The notes under the pieces were generated by a model. The model did not search any database. It was not told the origin of the DNA and saw only the letters and a list, made by a program, of their open reading frames with translations. Below are positions 55,456 through 64,000 of a stretch of DNA of 64,000 nucleotides, in pieces. Within the stretch, counting starts at the first letter, position 1; every line of letters begins with the position of its first letter. Source of the stretch: a virus; the IMG/VR virus record IMGVR_UViG_3300030012_002034, positions 1 to 64,000 of that record, one strand, 5' to 3'. The position numbers were made by a program, and so were the translations under genes.

Positions 55456-58205
55456 TATTTCTCTTTATCTTTTTTAGATTTAGGTTCAGATTTATCAAAT
55501 TGATTTTTATTTTCTCTAGCAATTTGTAATTGAGTTTGTGCTACATCTCTTTGAACTTGTAGTTTTTCTCTTTCAATAGCATTTTTCTGGTTAGCTTGCA
55601 TTTGCCTGTTAGATTCTTTTTGTCTAGCCATTTGAGTTTGAGTTTGATATTGTTCTGTTTTACGTATATCATCCATAGCATCTCTATAGTCACTCATTTG
55701 ATTTTGATTTATATCAGACATAGATCCATAACCCGCAGCTTTTATCTCAGCAATAAGAATATCTTTTTGTCTATCTTTCTCATCTCTACCTTCTTCATAT
55801 TCACGTTTAAGTCTTTCTTCTTCTGCTTTAGCTTGAATTTGTTGCTGTTGCATTTCTTGCTGCTGCTGTTGTTCTTGCTGCTGTTGTTGTCGTTGCTTTT
55901 CTTCAGAAGCTTTCATTACACTATTAAGATCAGCAATAGAATCTGATTGAACAATTTTACCAAGGTCATAAATACTAGCGCCAGTAGTATTGTTAGTCAT
56001 TGCCATTTGCTTAAGTTGCTCAAGCACTGCTCGATGATTAGCATTAGTAGTTGAAAAGATATTTAAATCTCTCATTAACAAATCAGTACCATTTATTTCA
56101 AAATTAACTTTTTCAGCAGCTGTTGTTATATAAGTCAATCTAGCAGATGGTTTAGTTGAATGATAGTACTGAGCTAAATCAGTTCTCATTTGATGAACTC
56201 TTGGCATTAAGTAATCACAATGCTGCATAAAATAAGTTTCTGTTTGAGCATATGATGCACTTACAGCTTGTTCTACTCCTGTTGCTGTAGTTTGTGCTAT
56301 TTGCTGTCCCATTCTTTGAGGGTTAACTCCTACAACATCATAAGCTTGTTGTTTAAAGTGATTACCTAATTGAATTCTAGACATAAGCCTATTAGTCTGA
56401 GATAGATCTAATTTTTGGAAATGCTGAAAGTTTAATGCATTTTCTGTATTTGTAATAGAAGTATCTAAAGGTAACATTTGGAAATCTTTCATAGCCACAT
56501 ACGCCTTAGCTAAATTACCTTTACCCCAATCTTCTCCTAATGAATGCCTAGGTAAAGTATTCTGATCTAACATTATTATAGTTCCTAACTCATCAACAAG
56601 TATATCTGCTATTTGATTATTAACCATATTATATCCTATCTGATATGGTTTCATCATATCTACTAATGAAGTAGATCTAGTATTTCTATCTGAGAATACA
56701 GATCCTTCTACAGGAAGCTTGCATCCATACAAACTAGAATCTCCTTTAAATTGAAACTTAAGAGGACCTATATTATTTTTATCAATACCTAAATAAATAG
56801 GATCTAGTCCTTCAGGGTTATTCATGCCCCAATAACTAGGAATGTTTGGACCAATTTTAACACCGCCCCATACTTCATTAATCCATATCCAATCTATATG
56901 TTCTCCAAATACTAAATTATCTTTAGATTTATTTTTAAATAATCTAGTATCATATTGAGGTTTATCTGTAACTTTATATGCTTCAGTAATTATTTCATTT
57001 ACTACTTCACCATTTTCTTTTATTTTAGTGAGATGTCCTACTTTTCTTTGAGACTTCCAGTATACTGTACAAACTCTAAGCAGGTCATTAGTACCATCTA
57101 CATAATATTCTTCACCTTGTAATAATAATTTTTCTACAATATCATCACCATACATTGCCTGTGAAGAAGCCAATGATCTCCAAGCTAAAGATGGAGGATT
57201 GGCGTTTGCTTCATATGATTTAGTTGCATCATAGTATGTACCATCATTTTGATAACCTGTCATATTATATCCTACTGCTTTCATAGGATACACAGCTTCT
57301 AGTGCTTCTAATTGTTTTTCTGACATAAGATAACCATACTTATCAATTACATCAGCGCCTGTCATCATATCAATTTTACCTACCCAGTTACCTTGAGATA
57401 TATATCTAACATCAGGAGACTTGTGATAAAAAGTAATTAAAGGATTCCATAGTTCTACTTCATAATCATCCTCCATCATTTTCATATGCCAGAATTCTCT
57501 ATCTGTGATAAGCATATCACGGAAAGCTCTTTCTTCTAATTCATCTAGTTTAAATCTTTCTACATCAACCTTATGCTGATGAGAAGCCCATTGCTCTACC
57601 ATAGATCTATAATCTTTTTTAAAGAAAGATTCAATTTCTGGTAATTGCTTCAAAGCATCTGGAGCTAGTTGTTGTTGAGCTTCTTCAGATTCAGGGTCTA
57701 AACCTTGTTCTAATAGTGCAGTACCTATTTTTACTTGAGCATCTTGAAATAAAACTTCTTCAACAGCTTGTCTTTTTTGCTCAAGCATTTCATTATAAGA
57801 ACCTTCATCAACTGCTCTATAAGTAAGTTTAGTTGCTCTTTTAGCAAATTCTGCTACAAGTACATTAACCACATTAGGAATAATAGGATAAAACTTTAGT
57901 TCTAATGCTGTAACATCTTCTTTAGTAAGAATATCAATTATTTCAGCATACTCATTATCTTCCTCAACAATATAATCTGTTTTGTCTATAATACCTTTTG
58001 CAAGTTTATAATTTTTAGAAAGCCTTCTAGCATTTCTTTTAATTTGCTTTAGACCATTCCACTCTAGCCAGTCTATATTCCATGCTGCCCACTCACCATC
58101 TTTATCTTTTGGAGATAAAAACTGTAAAGGTTGTGTTATATTTCCTATTCTATTATGTTCTGCTTTAGCTCCTTTTTTGAGCTGCATTGCGTTGAGGACC
58201 TGCAT
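55455..58205 (-). CDS. Portal protein
   Basis: 916 aa directly after terminase, with YPIIPNVVNVL, WINEVWGG, SLVDMMKPYQ, GVNPQRMGQ and a Gln-rich coiled-coil C-terminus. Confidence 0.9.
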   Translation of the reverse strand: MQVLNAMQLKKGAKAEHNRIGNITQPLQFLSPKDKDGEWAAWNIDWLEWNGLKQIKRNARRLSKNYKLAKGIIDKTDYIVEEDNEYAEIIDILTKEDVTALELKFYPIIPNVVNVLVAEFAKRATKLTYRAVDEGSYNEMLEQKRQAVEEVLFQDAQVKIGTALLEQGLDPESEEAQQQLAPDALKQLPEIESFFKKDYRSMVEQWASHQHKVDVERFKLDELEERAFRDMLITDREFWHMKMMEDDYEVELWNPLITFYHKSPDVRYISQGNWVGKIDMMTGADVIDKYGYLMSEKQLEALEAVYPMKAVGYNMTGYQNDGTYYDATKSYEANANPPSLAWRSLASSQAMYGDDIVEKLLLQGEEYYVDGTNDLLRVCTVYWKSQRKVGHLTKIKENGEVVNEIITEAYKVTDKPQYDTRLFKNKSKDNLVFGEHIDWIWINEVWGGVKIGPNIPSYWGMNNPEGLDPIYLGIDKNNIGPLKFQFKGDSSLYGCKLPVEGSVFSDRNTRSTSLVDMMKPYQIGYNMVNNQIADILVDELGTIIMLDQNTLPRHSLGEDWGKGNLAKAYVAMKDFQMLPLDTSITNTENALNFQHFQKLDLSQTNRLMSRIQLGNHFKQQAYDVVGVNPQRMGQQIAQTTATGVEQAVSASYAQTETYFMQHCDYLMPRVHQMRTDLAQYYHSTKPSARLTYITTAAEKVNFEINGTDLLMRDLNIFSTTNANHRAVLEQLKQMAMTNNTTGASIYDLGKIVQSDSIADLNSVMKASEEKQRQQQQQEQQQQQEMQQQQIQAKAEEERLKREYEEGRDEKDRQKDILIAEIKAAGYGSMSDINQNQMSDYRDAMDDIRKTEQYQTQTQMARQKESNRQMQANQKNAIEREKLQVQRDVAQTQLQIARENKNQFDKSEPKSKKDKEK

Positions 58206-58209
58206 ATTT

Positions 58210-60411
58210 TTATTTTAAATTTTTAAAAGCTGACTTTTTAAAAACTTTGCCGTTAACCATTCTTCCTCTTCCCATATTGCGAAAAGGACTATATTTTAAT
58301 TTAAATAAATTATCTGACTTTTGCAAGTTTTTATTGACATCATCAGTGATAGTTCTTTTATTATAACCTCTATTAGAATTTTGAATTGTCATAAAGGCGA
58401 TTAGTGCTGTAAATGCTATTAAACGGTCAACATTGACTCCAGGTTGATATTCTCTCATTTCTTTTAAAAGCATTGGATCTGGTATTCTTTCTACACCATA
58501 CTTAGTTCTTACTATTGTACCATCTATTTTAGTTTCTACATCTAACTCTTCCCTAAGATATTCAATTGAGTAATTAAGTAAATGTCCTTTAAATAGATTA
58601 CCTGTGTTTCTCCAACCATATTCTTGATATACATTAGTATTAGAACCCAACTCTTTTAGAAATAATATTTGATTTTTAGGTACTAAATACTTTTGCTTTC
58701 TTTGAGATATCATATACTGAATAAATAAAGAAATGTTATTCTCTATTACTGTCCATGCATTATACCATTCTATAATCATCTCAAGTTTCTGATGTGTCTT
58801 CTTTAGATCATTAAATCTACCGCACCAGGCAGCTACAATTTTATCTGGTTCTATATAACTTTCATGTTCTCCATCATTTAATTTAGTTACTTCCACAGGA
58901 GCTTTCATAACATAAATGGAACAAAGAGACTCTGAGGTTGTGGTCTTGCCTGCTGATACAGGGTCAATAGAGGCATAGTAAGTTCCAAACTTAGGATCTT
59001 TTACTGGTCTTTCCCATACTACTAGCGCTCCTTCTTTATTCTCTGATCTCTTAGATATAGGAAACTCTTTTATTGGTTGTTTATTAGTTTCTTTAGCTTT
59101 TATATTAAATTTTTCATCACGGCTAAGTTCCAGTAGTTCATAAGCATATTCTTTTTCTTCTATTCTTTTTAACTGTGCTGCTAAAAGATTAGGAGGAAAT
59201 AAAGACTCTTTTCTGTATGCAAATGCCTCTTCTATATTTCTAGGATGTTGAGATATTCTTAACTGATATTGTTCAGGACTAAGTTCTTTTTTCCATTTTT
59301 CAAATTGATCATTTAAAGCTTCTAATGCTTCTTTAACTTGAGAATTACCATATTTATCTATAAATGGCGGCATAGACCATTGCTCAGGAATAAATAATCC
59401 TGATCTCCCTTCAGTATTTTTTTTATCTATAAGATTAGTTTCTACAGAATAAATATCATTCATTTCAGGATTAAGTATCATATCCTTTAATGGTTCACAC
59501 TGATCTAAGTCTCCTACTGAACCTGCCGCTATAAACACACCAGTTGTAACTAGTCCTGCTCTCATAGCAGGTCTTAGATATTCATATGTAGTATTCATCT
59601 TAGGTGCAATTCCCGCCTCCTCATGAAAGAAGAACTTAACAGGTCCCCCTACTCCAGTTGTAGGATCTTTTTCAAAAGACATACCTTGTATTGTACCTTT
59701 TAATCCTACTTGAGTTTTTCTACCTCCTTTTCTTACTTCAATCTTTTGTTGCCACATCATAACCTTTTCAGGATTCATAGGTCTATACCAGGCTGTATGT
59801 TCATTTAAAAATCCAGCGTATTCATTAAGAAACTTCCAAGATCCTTTTTCATTTATATAATCTTTTAGAGCGGCTCCTACTTTTAGAGTGACACCTTCTT
59901 CAAACCAAAGCTGATTTATAAGTTTAGCCATATGAAAGTAAGAAGATCCAAACTGTCTTTTCTTTAGTATTGCACAATGTCTATAATATATTTCTGCTAG
60001 TATTTCATATAATGCCATATGATATTGAGCATCTCTTAATTTAGGAAATCCAAACTTTTGTGTTTCTTTATCAAATATAGGAAGGAAGTTAAGAAACATA
60101 TAATAGTCTCTTGTAATGTACCAACTATTATCTCCGGATTTTACAATCAGACCTTTTCTACATTTAGCCTTCTCACCATCCCAGTATTTAATAAAATCTT
60201 TTGATTTAAACGGTGCAGTACAGTATACATTTTCTTGAGTAAACTTTACACCTTCTTTAATAAACTCTTCTGATGTTTTATCAAAGTTATATTGACCAGG
60301 TAATTTAAATAAACTAATAAGATATTCTCCAAATTCATCTCTGGAACTAAAAGAAGTTAAAGTAATTTCTCCATCTTCCCATGTAGGTATATCTTCATAT
60401 ATTTTATTCAT
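58210..60411 (-). CDS. terL: Terminase large subunit
   Basis: Walker A-like LKKRQFGSSY, Walker B FFFHEEAG, and RNase H-like nuclease motifs YASIDPV...NVDRLIAF. Confidence 0.92.
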   Translation of the reverse strand: MNKIYEDIPTWEDGEITLTSFSSRDEFGEYLISLFKLPGQYNFDKTSEEFIKEGVKFTQENVYCTAPFKSKDFIKYWDGEKAKCRKGLIVKSGDNSWYITRDYYMFLNFLPIFDKETQKFGFPKLRDAQYHMALYEILAEIYYRHCAILKKRQFGSSYFHMAKLINQLWFEEGVTLKVGAALKDYINEKGSWKFLNEYAGFLNEHTAWYRPMNPEKVMMWQQKIEVRKGGRKTQVGLKGTIQGMSFEKDPTTGVGGPVKFFFHEEAGIAPKMNTTYEYLRPAMRAGLVTTGVFIAAGSVGDLDQCEPLKDMILNPEMNDIYSVETNLIDKKNTEGRSGLFIPEQWSMPPFIDKYGNSQVKEALEALNDQFEKWKKELSPEQYQLRISQHPRNIEEAFAYRKESLFPPNLLAAQLKRIEEKEYAYELLELSRDEKFNIKAKETNKQPIKEFPISKRSENKEGALVVWERPVKDPKFGTYYASIDPVSAGKTTTSESLCSIYVMKAPVEVTKLNDGEHESYIEPDKIVAAWCGRFNDLKKTHQKLEMIIEWYNAWTVIENNISLFIQYMISQRKQKYLVPKNQILFLKELGSNTNVYQEYGWRNTGNLFKGHLLNYSIEYLREELDVETKIDGTIVRTKYGVERIPDPMLLKEMREYQPGVNVDRLIAFTALIAFMTIQNSNRGYNKRTITDDVNKNLQKSDNLFKLKYSPFRNMGRGRMVNGKVFKKSAFKNLK

Positions 60412-60739
60412 AATGTTGTTGGTCCCAAAATTTCTTTAGTAACCTAGAACCACATTCTGTATTTTCTATTTCTCCAAGCAATGATCCAAATATTTTATTT
60501 TCTTTAAGAAGCCTTCTATTTTCTTTTTCTGTTAAATATAGTTCATATTGTATATCTCCAGCATCTTTTCTAATTATTTCAATCTCTTCTTCTAAAAGCT
60601 TATAATCTTTTAAAGATACTGTATTACTTTTTGTTTTTACAGGTTCTTTATTTATTATAGAAATTATAAAGAATAAAATAATAGATACTATAATTCCAAT
60701 AAGAAGTAATACTATTCTTAACTTTATTTGGTTATTCAT
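60404..60739 (-). CDS. Membrane-anchored coiled-coil protein
   Basis: N-terminal transmembrane segment (IVLLLIGIIVSIILFFIISII) followed by a coiled coil. Confidence 0.55.
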   Translation of the reverse strand: MNNQIKLRIVLLLIGIIVSIILFFIISIINKEPVKTKSNTVSLKDYKLLEEEIEIIRKDAGDIQYELYLTEKENRRLLKENKIFGSLLGEIENTECGSRLLKKFWDQQHYE

Positions 60740-61376
60740 CTATATCAGTGTTATCATAGAACATTCTATCTGAATCTTCAGTATGCCATTTTTCAAAGCC
60801 TTCTGCATTATAAAATTCCTTACATACTAAATAGTCAGGTCTTGCTGGAAAAGGTTTAGTTACAAAACTTGGTTCTGTCCATCTAATTCTATTATTAGGC
60901 TGTAAAGCAATTTGTCCATTATCTAATAAAATTATATGATGGCTTTTGTGTTCCATAGGATCTTCTGATAATGTCATGTCAGCATTTAAATTATTACTGC
61001 CCCAATTTATAGTAGAGTGATAAACACCATCATACCACTTTTTATCTTTCATGTATACAGATACAGGAGTATCATATAAATATGATAATTGTACTACAGT
61101 AAAGTTATATGAAAAGCAATTCCATATTTGTAAGTAATCAAATGGTAAATCAGGAGTTGGAGTTTTAGGTTCTGTTAATAGCGCATGTGAAGGAAGCTTA
61201 TCTCTCAGTACACCATTATCAAGTAATACCTGAAACAATGCAACTTGTCCAGGCATACATCTAACGGATATAATTACGCCTTCGCTAAATTCACCATGAC
61301 CTTTCTTGTCTTGATATAAGTATTCATTTCTTAAGAATACTTTCATTGGAAAAAAATTGTGTTCTATGTGTGCCAT
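60732..61376 (-). CDS. Hypothetical phage protein
   Basis: 214 aa intact ORF within the operon. WNCFS and HKSHHII...QPNNRIRW motifs; function unknown. Confidence 0.7.
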   Translation of the reverse strand: MAHIEHNFFPMKVFLRNEYLYQDKKGHGEFSEGVIISVRCMPGQVALFQVLLDNGVLRDKLPSHALLTEPKTPTPDLPFDYLQIWNCFSYNFTVVQLSYLYDTPVSVYMKDKKWYDGVYHSTINWGSNNLNADMTLSEDPMEHKSHHIILLDNGQIALQPNNRIRWTEPSFVTKPFPARPDYLVCKEFYNAEGFEKWHTEDSDRMFYDNTDIDE

Positions 61377-61388
61377 ATTTATTATTAA

Positions 61389-61904
61389 TTAAGAGTCATA
61401 CGCTAGTCCTTGACCACCACGTACTTGACTTTGTTGTTCTTCTTGTAAATCTTTATATGCTCCTTTAAAAGAGGATCTTATTTGCTCAAACTTTGCAGCT
61501 GCATTAACTAATGAATTTATATTACCATCTCTACCATGTTCAATAGGGACAGTCTCCATATATCTTGCTAGTTTATCAAGCATTGTTTTAATACCTTTAT
61601 ATGCTCTAGAAGTAGGAGTGCTATACATTTCTTCACAAAATGCTAATGCATGTCTTACAGCACCATCTTCTGTAGAAAATTCTGCTTCTATTTCTTGAAG
61701 TATTAATTCTTCTTTATCTCTTTCTGGAGTATGAAAAAATGGATTTTCTTCTGGGTTAGGATAAGTCATATAAAATATATACTGATATATCTTTAGATAA
61801 TCATCCGGATAATTATCCATTATTTTCTTTAATGTCTTTAGTGTATAACAATGTTCTGTAGGTACTACAGTATTATTCTCTACATCAAATAATCTTACAA
61901 TCAT
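61389..61904 (-). CDS. Conserved crAss-like protein upstream of terminase (small-terminase candidate)
   Basis: 171 aa, helical, ending VRGGQGLAYDS. The call rests on synteny. Confidence 0.5.
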   Translation of the reverse strand: MIVRLFDVENNTVVPTEHCYTLKTLKKIMDNYPDDYLKIYQYIFYMTYPNPEENPFFHTPERDKEELILQEIEAEFSTEDGAVRHALAFCEEMYSTPTSRAYKGIKTMLDKLARYMETVPIEHGRDGNINSLVNAAAKFEQIRSSFKGAYKDLQEEQQSQVRGGQGLAYDS

Positions 61905-62734
61905 TTTTTAAATTTTGATCTATTATCATATAACCAATGAATTATACTTATTACTTCATCTTTTAAATAATCAACAGGCATTTGTATTATCTCTTTTATA
62001 ACAGGGTCTCCTTCCGGAGTATATTTAGTTATAGGATAACCATATTCATCTTTACCTTCTTCTTCAAATTTAACATGATGTATGTATATCTTTCCTGGTT
62101 TAAGTTTAGGGTTATGCTTTATTATAATATACATATAAATACTGAGCTGTAAAGTATAATGACTAAAATTACAATCATCTAAATGAGATAAGGGTAAAGT
62201 CATTCTTTCTGATTTACCTTCCCAATTTTTAAAAGATTTTGTTTTAATTTCTTTATTTGTTTTATAATCTATTATGTTCACTTTTCCATCAACTACTTCC
62301 ACTAAATCTGCTTGACCACAAACACCTGCAGATTTTAAATATACCATATGTTCAGGATATATACCCGGATCTAATTTTTGAATTGGTGCAATTTTAATTC
62401 CATCTTCTTCTCCTTTAGGAGCAAATACAGGAATAGTAAAGCCATCTCTTTCTATAGAACTAAGACTACAAATATCTTTCTCTCTTTGATCATGATAAAA
62501 AGTTCCTAAAGTCATTGCACGTATAGATTCATTATTCCATATTTCTTGAATCTTTTTAGGTTTAATACCATACCATTTTGAATTCTTTTTTTTAGATACT
62601 TTAATAGCTATCTTTTCTGCATTAAATGGATTTTTAAATTTGGATATAAGAGTAGTTACACTAATCCAATTAATATTTTCATCAGAGCTTATGCTTTTAT
62701 AACTATGATCTTCTGCATTAAATATTATACTCAT
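61901..62734 (-). CDS. PD-(D/E)XK nuclease
   Basis: SVTTLI, GTFYH, PE...GQADLV...IIDYKTNK and YTLQLSIY motifs. Confidence 0.85.
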   Translation of the reverse strand: MSIIFNAEDHSYKSISSDENINWISVTTLISKFKNPFNAEKIAIKVSKKKNSKWYGIKPKKIQEIWNNESIRAMTLGTFYHDQREKDICSLSSIERDGFTIPVFAPKGEEDGIKIAPIQKLDPGIYPEHMVYLKSAGVCGQADLVEVVDGKVNIIDYKTNKEIKTKSFKNWEGKSERMTLPLSHLDDCNFSHYTLQLSIYMYIIIKHNPKLKPGKIYIHHVKFEEEGKDEYGYPITKYTPEGDPVIKEIIQMPVDYLKDEVISIIHWLYDNRSKFKK

Positions 62735-63021
62735 AGCTCATTCAATTTATCTTCTTGCTCTTGTGTCATAACTGCTTTCCATTTATCTAAAGGACAATCA
62801 CTAGATAAAGATCTTAATTTAAACCCTAATGAACAACCACATTCTCCACAACAAGGTTGCGTTCCAGGAACAGCGCATTTATCTCCATTAGATTCACAAA
62901 GTTTACAAATAGCCCATCTTTCTTTTGCAATAGCTTCTACAAACTCATCTCTGAGTACTGCATTTTTTATACCCTCTAAAATCTTTTTTCTATTTTTCCA
63001 AATTTCCTTTAGATTGAACAT
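62731..63021 (-). CDS. Zn-finger protein
   Basis: RWAICKLC...C...CGECGC...CPLDKW. Confidence 0.75.
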   Translation of the reverse strand: MFNLKEIWKNRKKILEGIKNAVLRDEFVEAIAKERWAICKLCESNGDKCAVPGTQPCCGECGCSLGFKLRSLSSDCPLDKWKAVMTQEQEDKLNEL

Positions 63022-63376
63022 CTTTTTTATTTTTAAATTCTTTCTTTTTATTTACTTCTTCATAATGTTTTTCTCTAACACTAAGAAGCTTTTCTAACAA
63101 TGATTCTTTATATTTAAAATATTGAAAACTGTTAAAGGTATAAACATCCTTATTTTTTATAATTTTTTTGCATCTATTAATTTCTTTATTAACAGCTTTA
63201 ATCTTTATATTAAAAACACCTAATCCAGGAGTATTTATTGAAATATGATTAAGCTCTGTTAAAGTTGATCTTAAATCTCTGTAATAAAAATCAATACAGG
63301 CAGAAATAAAATTTTTATTAGCATCTAAATCTTCAGCTATCTCTTTATAAATCTCTTTATATTTTTTAGGTTTCAT
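62990..63376 (-). CDS. HU/IHF-like DNA-binding protein
   Basis: KEIAEDL...IDFYY...INTPGLGVFNIK, matching the HU/IHF pattern. Confidence 0.6.
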   Translation of the reverse strand: MKPKKYKEIYKEIAEDLDANKNFISACIDFYYRDLRSTLTELNHISINTPGLGVFNIKIKAVNKEINRCKKIIKNKDVYTFNSFQYFKYKESLLEKLLSVREKHYEEVNKKKEFKNKKDVQSKGNLEK

Positions 63377-63732
63377 TTAGCTAAAAACTTATAGTCAAGT
63401 AAAATACTTCCATCTGTTTGTATTTTTAATTTTTTATTCAAACTAATAATCTTTTTATTCTTTCTATCTTTTATTACTAGTTTGTTCTTTGCACATTTAT
63501 TAATACAGTTCCTTACTGTTTGTTGCGATTTAAATATTTTATATTCCTCAGCTGCATCATAACAAAAATCAGTAAGTTCAATTGGTCCTGATTCACTTAA
63601 TAATGTTAAACATTCTAATTCAGAATTACTCACCGCTATACTATTTATATAACAGTGAGTTAATATCTGATATTTAATGATATCTTTTTTAGACATCACT
63701 ACACGCTTTTGTACCTGATTTACAATAGCCAT
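63373..63732 (-). CDS. Putative winged-helix DNA-binding protein
   Basis: 119 aa. SNSELECLTLL...SQQTVRNCINKCAKNKLVIK resembles a wHTH pattern. Confidence 0.5.
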   Translation of the reverse strand: MAIVNQVQKRVVMSKKDIIKYQILTHCYINSIAVSNSELECLTLLSESGPIELTDFCYDAAEEYKIFKSQQTVRNCINKCAKNKLVIKDRKNKKIISLNKKLKIQTDGSILLDYKFLAK

Positions 63733-63980
63733 TATTTTTTCTTAAGCGTTCTTTTTTTTGGCTGAGATTTCGTTTGGGGCTCTTCTTCCATTTCTTCAGG
63801 TGGATTCATCATCATTGCAAACTGCATTTGAATCTGAGCTCTTTTAAATCTCACTTCATCTAGCTTCATAAGAGTCTCTTCATATTTGTGTTGAGCATCT
63901 AAATAAGGAATAGATTCAGTGTAAAAGTCTAGCATTTCTTTTTTCTTTTTTGCTAGTTCTTCTGGAGACATTTGCTCCAT
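63732..63980 (-). CDS. Hypothetical protein (true start may lie beyond the window end)
   Basis: 82 aa or more. The frame stays open upstream (EPTEQE-M) to the window edge. Confidence 0.65.
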   Translation of the reverse strand: MEQMSPEELAKKKKEMLDFYTESIPYLDAQHKYEETLMKLDEVRFKRAQIQMQFAMMMNPPEEMEEEPQTKSQPKKRTLKKK

Positions 63981-64000
63981 TTCTTGTTCTGTTGGTTCTG

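Noticed and set aside
55840-55900. CAG/CAA-rich repeat
   Set aside because: It encodes the Gln-rich coiled coil of the portal C-terminus and is not a separate repeat element.
52177-60411. Introns or inteins in terminase, portal or MCP
   Set aside because: The ORFs are continuous and of ordinary size, and I saw no intein or homing-endonuclease motifs.
4072-63097. All plus-strand ORFs in the track (e.g. 13893-14357, 53371-53661, 55596-55946, 62705-63097) and the minus-strand 53334-53585
   Set aside because: They lie inside long, motif-bearing minus-strand genes and have the F/L/S/I-rich composition of antisense or out-of-frame shadows.
1-64000. Stop-codon reassignment (TAG or TGA), known in some crAss-like phages
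   Set aside because: Genes up to 12 kb are intact under the standard code, coding density is near complete, and TAG (29689, 55183) and TGA (13355) act as stops at gene junctions.
1-64000. tRNA, rRNA, CRISPR array, integrase/transposase, reverse transcriptase
   Set aside because: None was recognisable. The non-coding gaps are short (about 130 nt or less) and are accounted for by terminators, promoter-like motifs and the candidate sRNA.

Overview
The window is part of a large, AT-rich dsDNA phage genome with crAss-like (Crassvirales-type) gene order, so the host is probably in Bacteroidota (inferred). Essentially all real genes are on the minus strand and read with the standard code. From the right end they are: small conserved genes (HU/IHF-like, Zn-finger, PD-(D/E)XK nuclease), large terminase, portal, a holin-like gene, scaffold-like protein, major capsid protein, six tiny Lys/Arg-rich proteins, ring/auxiliary-capsid genes, a block of very Cys-rich structural proteins, tail ring and muzzle proteins, then giant cargo/ejection proteins. 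The giant proteins include a 3997-aa virion RNA polymerase (DFDVD motif) with zincin and nucleotidyltransferase domains. Main observations: (1) a terminator-ended intergenic hairpin (41735-41808) whose 11-nt loop UUUUGUUGGUU is antisense to an (A)ACCAACA motif beside the starts of several assembly genes, a candidate phage multi-target sRNA system; (2) three cargo proteins built of modules separated by about 25-30 [F/Y/M/A]xxGG motifs, a candidate polyprotein/diglycine-processing system; (3) Cys residues confined to the facing termini of consecutive giant ejection proteins; (4) a cargo protein with three peptidoglycan-enzyme domains. All calls come from reading motifs and synteny by eye. No database searches were run.
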